NCBI GenBank assembly: GCA_965208835.1
Contig: OZ242358.1
Span: forward strand, 2,592,001-2,656,000
Direction of reading: 5' to 3'
Origin: Candidatus Latescibacterota bacterium
GTDB taxonomy: Bacteria; Latescibacterota; UBA2968; GCA-2709665
Length of the DNA: 64,000 nucleotides
The notes below the pieces were generated by a model. That model was not told the origin of the DNA, did not search any database, and was given only the letters and a program-made list of their open reading frames with translations. The translations under genes and the position numbers were made by a program. Positions within the stretch are counted from its first letter, which is position 1. Every line of letters begins with the position of its first letter. Below are positions 30,601 through 38,481 of the stretch, piece after piece.

Positions 30601-32302
30601 CATCATTGGCTATGACACGGCACCCGGGGGCACCTCTCTGGTCCGCAGGGGGGACGCCAAGCTGCAAAGGCATGATCTTCTGCCCTATACAGGCTCGACC
30701 TCGCCCGGCCGTGCCGCGCCGCTGCTGGTTGCCATCCGTGTCGTACCCGATACGCTGGACGTGCCATCGGGATCCGATCGCATCGTTACCGCAGAAGGTG
30801 TCTTCGATTCGGAAACCGTGACGGATGTCACCGGCGATTTGACGTGGAGCGTTGAGGATTCTGCTGTCGCACGGCTCGAAACGGCCCTGCGGGTAAGGGG
30901 GCTTGCTCCCGGGGAAACGGTCTTGCATGCACGGTACGGGCGTTTCACATCCAGCGCCGTCGTCCGGGTTCATCCGAAGCCTGTCGACGGCAACGCAGGC
31001 GGGGTGAAGCCTCCATCCAATCTTCCCCCGTTGTTCATCTCGCGCCCCGACACGCTGGCCATCACAGGTTTGGCATACATGTACACGCCCTCTGCTGAAG
31101 ATCCCGAAAGCGACCCGGTGTCTATTTGGGTGCCGCGCCGCCCGGCATGGATGAATTGGAACGACACCGTTCTGGAGGGTTTGCCGGGACATACCGGCTC
31201 CTGGCCGGTTGTCGTCGCGGCCGCAGACCACAGCGACACGACCGAACAGGCGTTCACCATACATGTCGTAACACCCCGGCTTGATCCGGCGGGCCGTCGG
31301 GACAGCGTTGCCTATGTGGGCGTAACCTGGCGGAAGTCACTGAATATCAGGAAGGGTATCCAGACGCAGATAGACGGGGGACCCGTTCTCGACGCATCGG
31401 GCGAATCTCTCGTGTGGCGCCCCGGCCCCGGAGACAAGGGGCGACGCACAATAACTGTTTCCATAAGCCGGAACGGCGTCGAAAGTCTGATCCTGACATT
31501 CATGATCACGGTACGGCCCCGGCCGATCATCCGCGTGGACGAAATTCTGGTCGATCCGATAACAGATGTCAATGGCGATGGCAAGCAGGAGCGATACGGA
31601 GATCAATTCATCGAATTGTACAATGTCGCCGAGCACGCGGTGGATCTGTCTGGCTGGACGCTCGGTGACGACGACGGAAGTCCGTTTGAATTCCCTGGTG
31701 GCGCGGTCTTGAATGGCGGCGAGCGATTCATCCTCTTCGGCGACGGAATCCGCTCGGGCAAAAGGGGACGTTTTTCCGCGGGGGGCCGAATAGGGAACGG
31801 GCTGGATACCGAGGACAGAATTCTGTTGATCGCACCGGCGGGGCCCGATACGCTGGTGGATGTACGATTTGTGAAGGGGCAGATCGGCGCCTCACTGGTA
31901 CCGGACCCGCACACGCCCGGGAAATGGTTGCCTCACGACCGCGTTTCGCATCTGCCGTATTCGCCCGGGACGGCGACACCACTGGCGGACTCCGCCTTCT
32001 CAGACGCGTCGGGAATAACCGCAGATGACGTGGATCCCCACCCGGAGTATCCCTTTCCAAACCCTTTCAATGTTCACACGACCATCGGGTTTCGAAGCAC
32101 CGGCGATCCGGCGGAGTTAACGGTTTACAATGTTCTCGGACAACCCGTCAGGCGGTTTTCGATTTCAGCGGTCGCGGGTTATCATCAACCGGTGTGGGAC
32201 GGGCGCGACGATCTGGGTCGATCGGTAGGCACTGGCATATACCTGATTCGCCTGAGAAACGGACCACGCCTCCGAACGATGCGCGTGGTGCTGGTTAAAT
32301 GA
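27695..32302 (+). CDS. Secreted protein with five lamin-tail domains, Ig-like (ASH, Big_2, He_PIG/cadherin-like) domains and a C-terminal FlgD-Ig/T9SS-type-A-like sorting domain
   Basis: Signal peptide; 5x 'EILA.P...D.N.DG....DEFVE..N....GW.L.D'; C-terminal PNPFN..T.I, YN.LGQ.VR, WDGRD, G.Y; AAGGAG RBS before the GTG. Confidence 0.85.
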   Translation: MKQMLVFVFVFLVIDRTGLWAQAVATPDTLRFGPVRTWTSVQDSVHILNTGDADVILTSGDVDNAAFRLPSDPFSDTGDTLAPDQALNLPVIFEPSDIGVLTAILTVGTNGGSLNVHLTGEGVREVIVIQEILADPPPGLAGDANGDGVRDTYHDEFVELLNIGLRPVDIGGWQLSDAGAAVSKRFTFPEDTRLNPGERAVLFGGGSPTGFPGPVFVDDGRIGGGLSNTSDAVFLIDSNIPDTMATAAYDTQADRNQSLVRHPEGRGPFVLHSALPGGGPLFSPGRGRSDIQRIEVLPADTTVELEATIRFEARAEFSDGSESTMDEGVVWHTTNDAVISLSGAIGTAVGVGFAEIAASVSGAISISGRIVVRDPAQSNAGALPVETAGARVVIDEVLADPAPGGGGDANRDGLRDGKADEFVEIWNVDSKPVKIGGWWLSDDDVGPRGRFHFPDGLTLEPGMRAVLFGGGNPRDIPGHVFVDDGSIGNGLTNKGDLVLLVDPVSDDTVAVADFRVTGDLNRSVVRFAEGVYVPHVDLPDGGVISPGRPHPMPAVPVQTAKTPRPEFLDAPPSWCRVGALCRFMPRIRNLDGGFVHLETRAHGVVWDRSTGEISWRPDREGRFRFWQTAVSGSGENTVRQFDIWVEPRPQIAIVEILADPPDGLNGDVNGDGTRGSQSDEFVEILNEGSDAVWISDWRLSDDDVSARRQFRFPGFTRLQPGERAVLFGGGQSKGIDGPVFVDDGSIGNGLTDNSDVILLIDSALNDTLASAVYTVEGDIDQSLVWNGSAWVPHETPPGRGVYSPGLPSEMGTVIGRDADDRPGSGPDHGDAESDGEGGGGGTSSGTVPASVIISEILANPAPGATGDVNADGERHGYQDEFVELWNAGTDTARLDGCRLGDDDTPMSRLFEFPSGTMLPPDGFLVLFGGGSTTNFPENAFVDDGRIGDGLSNAGDMIVFLSPDGVDTLDIIGYDTAPGGTSLVRRGDAKLQRHDLLPYTGSTSPGRAAPLLVAIRVVPDTLDVPSGSDRIVTAEGVFDSETVTDVTGDLTWSVEDSAVARLETALRVRGLAPGETVLHARYGRFTSSAVVRVHPKPVDGNAGGVKPPSNLPPLFISRPDTLAITGLAYMYTPSAEDPESDPVSIWVPRRPAWMNWNDTVLEGLPGHTGSWPVVVAAADHSDTTEQAFTIHVVTPRLDPAGRRDSVAYVGVTWRKSLNIRKGIQTQIDGGPVLDASGESLVWRPGPGDKGRRTITVSISRNGVESLILTFMITVRPRPIIRVDEILVDPITDVNGDGKQERYGDQFIELYNVAEHAVDLSGWTLGDDDGSPFEFPGGAVLNGGERFILFGDGIRSGKRGRFSAGGRIGNGLDTEDRILLIAPAGPDTLVDVRFVKGQIGASLVPDPHTPGKWLPHDRVSHLPYSPGTATPLADSAFSDASGITADDVDPHPEYPFPNPFNVHTTIGFRSTGDPAELTVYNVLGQPVRRFSISAVAGYHQPVWDGRDDLGRSVGTGIYLIRLRNGPRLRTMRVVLVK

Positions 32303-32331
32303 CCCGCGGAAGCTCCACGGGCAGCCGACGT

Positions 32332-32493
32332 GTGTTCTGTCCCGGAAATAAGTTGCCTGAATTCGACCGTCGAGTCGCCTGGCTCGCAAGGCGCCAGAGT
32401 GCAGGCGATCTGCGTAAGGTCGGCGAGCGAGGGGAACGTAGCGAGACAGGATGAATCGGCGGTGGAATGGTGAGGATTTTTCGGACAGGACAC
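32332..32493. mobile_element. MITE/REP-like dispersed repeat, copy 1 (162 bp)
   Basis: Imperfect terminal inverted repeats GTGTTCTGTCCCGGAAAT / ATTTTTCGGACAGGACAC; homologous to 61542-61725 in inverted orientation. Confidence 0.8.
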
Positions 32494-32639
32494 CAGGTCC
32501 TAACACGGATTTCCGCGGGCACCGGTGTGCGGAAAGGCCCGAATATATGCGTAAGAGTCCACTCTCGCGGTGACGGGGGCAATCGTCGTTAAGATTGTCT
32601 CGGAGAGAATGAGAACAATTGAGGAAAGGAGGTGAAACC

Positions 32640-32900
32640 ATGGCCCAGCCGGAGATCACGTTCAGACACGGTTCCTGCAGCGCTTCCGTCTTCGAGAACG
32701 AATACAACCGCGGCAAGGATAGCTTCAACGTCCGTACCGTTTCGTTCCAGAGAAGCTACCGGGACAAGCAAGGCGAATGGCATCGTTCCAGCAGCCTGAG
32801 GGTGAACGATATTCCCAAAGCGATCCTGGTACTCAACAAGGCATATGAGTACCTGACGTCCAACGGCAATACTGACGTCGAGGAAGAGTCAGAGAGCTGA
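32640..32900 (+). CDS. Small putative nucleic-acid-binding protein (86 aa)
   Basis: Very strong SD (AAGGAGGT); ASVFEN..., RSYRDKQGEW, D.P.A..V; acidic tail. Confidence 0.75.
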   Translation: MAQPEITFRHGSCSASVFENEYNRGKDSFNVRTVSFQRSYRDKQGEWHRSSSLRVNDIPKAILVLNKAYEYLTSNGNTDVEEESES

Positions 32901-32922
32901 ATCGAGCTTCATCTTAGCGAGC

Positions 32923-32962
32923 GAAGAGGGACAGCCGGTATCATTCCGGGTGTCCCTCTTTC
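32923..32962 (+). terminator. Long hairpin terminator after the small gene
   Basis: GAAGAGGGACAGCCGG...CCGGGTGTCCCTCTTT. Confidence 0.7.
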
Positions 32963-33058
32963 ACGTTATTGCCGTTCTGCTGTTGTTTCACCGGGAGACT
33001 TTTCGTATCTTCATCTGAACACGATTCCCGCGGATCTTTGCAAGTCTGGAGTTCGTTC

Positions 33059-33979
33059 ATGGAAGAATCGTCGATCGATGTAAAAGAATCGTTGCGTCGT
33101 CTGACAGGCGAATTGCAGAATTTCGAGGAGATCGTTAAGCATATCAAGCCCCCGTCGGGTGAGATTCCCGAATTAGAGGGAATCGAAATCTACGGTGAGA
33201 CGATTCCGCTTGAGGGTCTGATCGGCGGTGATCATATCATTTATGTCGACTTCAAAAGACGGTATGATCTGGAGGCACGGATACACAAGGCGGAGCAGGA
33301 AGGGCGTGGGACCGTAGCTGCGAATCTGAGGAGATGCGAACGGATGGCCGGCGTCGCCCTCGTGGATGTTTCCGGACATCAGATTACAGATGCAATGCTG
33401 GCCGGAATGCTGCACGAGGCATTCCTGCTCGGCGCCACCTACGAGCTGGACCAGTTCGGTACGATCACCGAGAAACTGTTCGAAAATCTGAATACCCGGA
33501 TCTACAATTCTTCCAGCGTCAGCAAATTCCTGACGATGATCTATGGAGAGATCAGCGAGGACGACACGTTCACTTTTCTTTCCGCCGCCCATCCCATCCC
33601 GGTTGTATTCTCCAATCTGCAGGATCGAATTATGGACGTCAGCGAGGATCTCTTTGTGAATTTTCCTCCAATCGGCACCTTGCCCTCACAGGAGGATATA
33701 GACCGGCAGGCGATCCAGAGTGTGCTTGGCTTCAAGAAAAAATACGAGATCAACGTGTGGACGCTTCAAGGATCTGGCGACATCTTTTTGTTGTATACGG
33801 ACGGACTGGCGGACCATCGCCGGGGCGACGAAGACTATTTCCCCGATCGGCTGGAGGACATTCTCCGCCGTGTCAAGCGGCTGTCGGCTCATGGAATATT
33901 CCAAGCCATAAAGGATGACGTGCTCGATTTCGGCCAGCCACTTGACGATATCAGTCTTGTCGTAATAAAAAAAACGTGA
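33059..33979 (+). CDS. SpoIIE/RsbU-like PP2C phosphatase
   Basis: GGD, DVSGH, AAH, YTDG, DDIS motifs. Confidence 0.88.
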   Translation: MEESSIDVKESLRRLTGELQNFEEIVKHIKPPSGEIPELEGIEIYGETIPLEGLIGGDHIIYVDFKRRYDLEARIHKAEQEGRGTVAANLRRCERMAGVALVDVSGHQITDAMLAGMLHEAFLLGATYELDQFGTITEKLFENLNTRIYNSSSVSKFLTMIYGEISEDDTFTFLSAAHPIPVVFSNLQDRIMDVSEDLFVNFPPIGTLPSQEDIDRQAIQSVLGFKKKYEINVWTLQGSGDIFLLYTDGLADHRRGDEDYFPDRLEDILRRVKRLSAHGIFQAIKDDVLDFGQPLDDISLVVIKKT

Positions 33980-34057
33980 TAGTGGACCCATCGGCCGCGG
34001 TCTGTCGAACCGCCGGCCTGATTCTGAAAACGGCGCAATTCCGCAGGAGGCAATGTT

Positions 34058-35467
34058 ATGAAAATGTTCGTCAATTCCCGCTGGATCGACAAGGACGAAA
34101 AGGTCGAGGTGTTGAACCCGTACGATGGATCCGTTGTCGATACGGTGCCACGCGCCGACGGACGAGATGTGCAGGCCGCCCTCGCGACGGCGGCCAGGGG
34201 CGCGGAGGTGATGGCGGCGATGCCGGCTCACGAACGATACCGGATTCTGCATCGTGCAGCCGAGTTGATGGCGGAACGCCAGGAGGAATTCGGACAGACC
34301 ATTTCAGCCGAAGAGGGAAAGGTCATTTCCGAAGGGCGCGGGGAGGCCGCCCGGTCAATCGACACGATGACGCTATCGGCCGAAGAGGCAAAACGGCTTT
34401 ACGGAGAGACCATTCCACTGGACGGCGCAACCGGTGCGGAGGGCAAATTCGGATTTACCGTTCGTGTGCCATGTGGCGTTGTCGTTGCCATTACGCCTTT
34501 CAATTTTCCCTTGAATCTGGTGTGTCACAAGGTCGGACCTGCACTTGCGGCCGGAAATTCGGTGATTGTAAAACCGGCCACCGACACGCCGCTTTCAGCG
34601 ATGAAACTCGTGGAGGTTCTTCTGGATGCGGGCGCGCCGGCCGAAGCCGTTCAGTGTATCACGGGTCCGGGAGGCGAAATCGGCGACCTGCTGTCTTCTG
34701 ACTCCCGGGTGCGGAAGATCTCCTTCACCGGAAGCAGGGACGTCGGTGAACAGATCTGCAAAACAGCGGGGTTGAAGAAAGTAACGATGGAGCTTGGGTC
34801 CAATTCACCGTTAATAGTTATGCCCGACGCCGATTTGGAAAAGGTGGCTGCCGCGACGACCGCGACAGGGTTTGCAAACGCCGGGCAGGTTTGCATTTCC
34901 GCGCAGCGCGTCATGGTCAATAAGGACGTTTACGAGGACTTCATCGATGTACTAAAGCCTCAGGTGGAGGCACTGAAAGTCGGCGATCAGCTGGATGAGT
35001 CGGTGTCCATGGGGCCGATGATCCGCGAAGGAGATGCCGAGCGGGTAGGCGCCTGGATTCGCGAGGCCAGGGAGGGCGGCGCAAGGGTGATCGTGGGCGG
35101 TGATCGGGACGGCACGTTGCACGCGCCTACGGTGGTGGCGGACGTCGATCCCAAGATGCGAATCTCATGCGACGAACTCTTCGGTCCGGCCGTCGGACTG
35201 ACACGGTTCGATACAATCGATGAGGCCATCGCCTCGGCCAACGACACCAATTACGGTTTGTCGGCCGCGTTATTCACGGAGAACCTGGACCACGCGATGC
35301 AGTTTGTAAACAAGGTGCAGTCGGGGAATATAATGGTTAACTGGGGCCCTCAATGGCGCGCGGACCTGATGCCTTACGGTGGATTGAAAGATAGCGGGAT
35401 GGGCAAGGAAGGACCAAAGTACGCGGTGGAGGAGATGACAGAGTTGAAGATGGTGGTATTTCATTAG
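34058..35467 (+). CDS. NAD(P)-dependent aldehyde dehydrogenase
   Basis: ITPFNFP, FTGS, MELG, AGQVC, ELFGP, YGL, PYGG.K.SG. Confidence 0.95.
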   Translation: MKMFVNSRWIDKDEKVEVLNPYDGSVVDTVPRADGRDVQAALATAARGAEVMAAMPAHERYRILHRAAELMAERQEEFGQTISAEEGKVISEGRGEAARSIDTMTLSAEEAKRLYGETIPLDGATGAEGKFGFTVRVPCGVVVAITPFNFPLNLVCHKVGPALAAGNSVIVKPATDTPLSAMKLVEVLLDAGAPAEAVQCITGPGGEIGDLLSSDSRVRKISFTGSRDVGEQICKTAGLKKVTMELGSNSPLIVMPDADLEKVAAATTATGFANAGQVCISAQRVMVNKDVYEDFIDVLKPQVEALKVGDQLDESVSMGPMIREGDAERVGAWIREAREGGARVIVGGDRDGTLHAPTVVADVDPKMRISCDELFGPAVGLTRFDTIDEAIASANDTNYGLSAALFTENLDHAMQFVNKVQSGNIMVNWGPQWRADLMPYGGLKDSGMGKEGPKYAVEEMTELKMVVFH

Positions 35468-35642
35468 CCGTGATGGGCGGGCGCACGAGACAAAAAACGC
35501 ACGTCGAGCGGGAAGCCTCGTGATACACGACCACGGATGAAACGTGAAAACCCCCGGATCGCAGGCGGATGGCCGGCGATCGGGGGCGGCCCGTGGGTGA
35601 AAAGGCCGCGTCCATCCGTTCAGAAGCATCTAGGGCAGAAAG

Positions 35643-35675
35643 AAAGCGGAGTGGCGTCTTTGGCGCTCCGCTTTT
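35643..35675. terminator. Bidirectional terminator-like hairpin between ALDH and HU/IHF
   Basis: AAAGCGGAGT...GCTCCGCTTTT. Confidence 0.6.
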
Positions 35676-35777
35676 GGCATTTACTGTGGGACTATCGTTG
35701 GAATACCGGGTTTGCAAACTGCTGTAAGGGCCGACCCGATGGTTGAAGATACATCAGCGGTACCGGCCGGGACCCTG

Positions 35778-36107
35778 TCACCCGTGCAGTGCTTCGGATT
35801 CCCCCTGGCCCGGGGGTTCCAGCGGCTGGTGGAGTGCTTTCTTGATGAGGACACCCGCTTTGAAGTAGCTTTTCTTTCGTGCCGGCACATAGACGATTTC
35901 ACCTGTCCTGGGGTTCCGTGCGGCAGGCTTGGGCTTTGTGTTTTTTACGCCAAGTACTCCGAAACCACGAATCTCGATGCGGTCACCGGAAATGAGGCTC
36001 TCGCGCATAGCCTTGAACAGTGTATCTACAACCTCGTAGGCGAGTTGCTTCTTGACGCCCAGCCGGTCGGAAATTTCGAGCGCCAGATCCTTTTTGGTTG
36101 TCGTCAT
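35778..36107 (-). CDS. HU/IHF family DNA-binding protein (IHF-like)
   Basis: TKKDL, IEIRGFG, ARNPRTGE, FKAG; GGAGG RBS. Confidence 0.93.
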   Translation of the reverse strand: MTTTKKDLALEISDRLGVKKQLAYEVVDTLFKAMRESLISGDRIEIRGFGVLGVKNTKPKPAARNPRTGEIVYVPARKKSYFKAGVLIKKALHQPLEPPGQGESEALHG

Positions 36108-36612
36108 TTTGTCCTCCCGTTTGGCCTGCTCGATCAAGCCGAAACATAATATAGACCCAAAGTGCTGATTGCCGCAAGAAAAAAATTTACTAGAAGTTAC
36201 ACGAATTTTCGCCAAGCGGGATCCAGAATTTACGGCCTGGGCATTTCCATAATCTATTGTTTTTAATGATCTTGCGTGTAAATTCATCTATTTTATTGAA
36301 TTTTAGACACTTACACGAATTATCTTTATTCGCATTCTAAGTTTTCGGCGTCGCGCGAACACTGTATCCGGCTTGATTCGCTAAAGGGAACAGACGATCC
36401 CAATGCGGATATTTCGGTGTTGCTGCAGGTCGACGTCGGCGTGCGAAATTCATGGAAATCGCCTTTGGCGGTGTTGACTTTCGATTGGACAGGCAGTGGC
36501 GGTAAGGTCGGTGAAAGGGCAGGTTGAACGCAACCGGGGCGGTATCGTCAACCCATGCGAAAAGGTCCGGGGTTCCCCGTTGATTTCTGAAAACCATGCT
36601 GTGTTTCGAATC

Positions 36613-37827
36613 TCAGCCGCGTCGTTGATCGTTAAGGGCCTCAATGAGCCGGTCGACATGGTCAAATCCGTTACAAATGTGGGTAGACACCCGGATCCAA
36701 TGGGCGCCGTCAATGCGTTCCGCCGGCACGGTGATCCGATATCGCTCATAGAGGTCGAGGCTTTCGAATCCCGTGACGTGAAACGCCGAGATTGAACCGG
36801 ACATGTCCGCCTTGGACGGTGTGAGAAGTCTTGCCCAGCCGGTTGCCTTCATTCCTTCCCTCAGATACGCCGCCAGCGTCCGGCCTCTACGTAGAATTCG
36901 ACATTTACCGACCCCTTCCTGGAAGTCGACGGCTTCTCCGACTGCAGCAAAGGCGGCCTGGTCGCGGGTACCCCAGTTCTCGATTCCCCACATGAACGGT
37001 CGGTCGTTGATCCGGAGCATCCCGTCCCCGCCCCGTTTCGGACCCTCGCGGCTGTATCCCCAACTTACAATGACGTGATTCAATCGCTCCTGTGCGCGTG
37101 GCGACACGTAAAGAAACCCCGTACCCTTGGGCGCGCACAGCCACTTGTGGCAGTTGCCGCCGTAAAAGTCACATTCAAGGGAATCCAGGTCCAACGGGAT
37201 CATACCCGGCGCATGGGCACCGTCGACTGCGATCATCGCGCCACGCTGGTGGGCAAGGCGGGCCAACGCTCCGACTGGCGTTATCCGGCCGGTACGGGTA
37301 AAGATGTGGCTACAAAGTACCAGGCGGGTGCGAACGGTAAATTCAGGTTCAAATGCATCCAGTATGGTCTCGGGATTATCAGCCGTTGGAGGGATTCTGG
37401 CGCGCTTCACCACAACCCCGTGCCGTCGTTCCGCCTGATGAAGGCAATAGTCGATTGCACCGTATTCATGGTTTGAGGCCAGAATCTCATCACCGGGCCG
37501 CCAGTCCAGGCCGTTAACCACCACATTGATGGATGCGGTGACGTTGCAGGTGAATGCGATGTCCTCCGGCGGGGCGTTAATAAAGTCGCCCAAACGGCGG
37601 CGGCTTTCGTCCACGGCGTCCGTATGTTTCGCCCGATTCCGGATCGGGCTGCGTTCCACATCCTTCAGGATCGCGATCATCTTCTCGAAGACACGCCTGG
37701 GCTGCACGCCAACGGAGCCGGTATTGAGATAGATCTCATCGTCGGCGATCATAAAGGCTGTGCGAATCTTCTGCCAGTAGACTTCCTCGTCCGTGGAAGT
37801 CGGCCAGTTTGTGTCGCGCAAGTTCAC
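36613..37827 (-). CDS. Class V PLP aminotransferase, isopenicillin N epimerase (CefD)-like
   Basis: YLNTGS.G, HEY, VDGAH, GNCHKWLCAPKG, GTRD. Confidence 0.9.
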   Translation of the reverse strand: MNLRDTNWPTSTDEEVYWQKIRTAFMIADDEIYLNTGSVGVQPRRVFEKMIAILKDVERSPIRNRAKHTDAVDESRRRLGDFINAPPEDIAFTCNVTASINVVVNGLDWRPGDEILASNHEYGAIDYCLHQAERRHGVVVKRARIPPTADNPETILDAFEPEFTVRTRLVLCSHIFTRTGRITPVGALARLAHQRGAMIAVDGAHAPGMIPLDLDSLECDFYGGNCHKWLCAPKGTGFLYVSPRAQERLNHVIVSWGYSREGPKRGGDGMLRINDRPFMWGIENWGTRDQAAFAAVGEAVDFQEGVGKCRILRRGRTLAAYLREGMKATGWARLLTPSKADMSGSISAFHVTGFESLDLYERYRITVPAERIDGAHWIRVSTHICNGFDHVDRLIEALNDQRRG

Positions 37828-38001
37828 CCGAACCTCCTGGAACGACGTTGAAGGAAATTGAGTGGCATGGGCCGGCGAAGACCGGGATGCGGGGCCGAGA
37901 GTTCCAGTTTATCCACAATTGTAAATCCCGGACTGGCTGTTTTCAAGTCCTTTGTGAACAAGACCGGGGCCAGCCGCGGCTGCCGGGCTGGCTTCCGCGC
38001 C

Positions 38002-38030
38002 TTGACGATCGTCGCCCTCGTGGATATATT
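38002..38030 (+). promoter_or_regulatory. Putative sigma70 promoter TTGACG-N17-TATATT with no credible ORF directly downstream
   Basis: Near-consensus hexamers with 17-nt spacer. Confidence 0.6.
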
Positions 38031-38036
38031 CGTGCC

Positions 38037-38180
38037 CTTGCAACGGGAGCCGGAATCATTTGACCGGGTGGTATTGCCCATGTCCTGGCCGGTTTACGAC
38101 CACAAATGGTCCGCTCTGCGGGTCTGCACGGATATTCAGCGTCATCCGAAGAGTCCGCCCATTGCCGCTTCCCGTTTTCT
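38037..38180 (+). ncRNA. Candidate structured RNA (unassigned)
   Basis: Follows a promoter; complementary segments AACGGGAG/CTTCCCGTT, GGAATCATTTG/CAAATGGTCC, CGGAT/ATCCG. Confidence 0.3.
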
Positions 38181-38366
38181 GCCTGCGACAACTGAGGCGG
38201 CCCCGCACCCGGCGACACTGGCACCCAAGTGTGTGACCGGTGTTTTCCGAAATCCGGACCCGCGGTTTCGAGCCCGTCGAAATGCACCCGGCATTACCTC
38301 CCTGCATTGACGGGTCGACACGAAATCGGTCGCGAAGTCACGAGACTCGACCTGCCGTAACCCGCC

Positions 38367-38395
38367 TTGACAGCTACATTTATCTTGTCTATATT
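38367..38395 (+). promoter_or_regulatory. Sigma70 promoter of the fdh operon, TTGACA-N17-TATATT
   Basis: Perfect -35, 17-nt spacer, about 85 nt upstream of the start. Confidence 0.75.
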
Positions 38396-38481
38396 ATTTC
38401 GAGTTGTCACAAGCGTCTCCCGCTGGCAGGATGCCGGTGGGCGTTATTTTCTTCCAAGCTTGCATCGACAGGGAGTGTGCA

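Noticed and set aside
27695-32302. Recurring nucleotide repeats suggesting a CRISPR or DGR array
   Set aside because: They are diverged coding repeats of lamin-tail domains; no cas or reverse transcriptase genes and no regular spacers
37909-37961. Perfect DnaA box TTATCCACA plus a near match (TGTGAACAA) suggesting oriC
   Set aside because: Only one perfect box, with no dnaA/dnaN context and no clear unwinding element; at most a regulatory site
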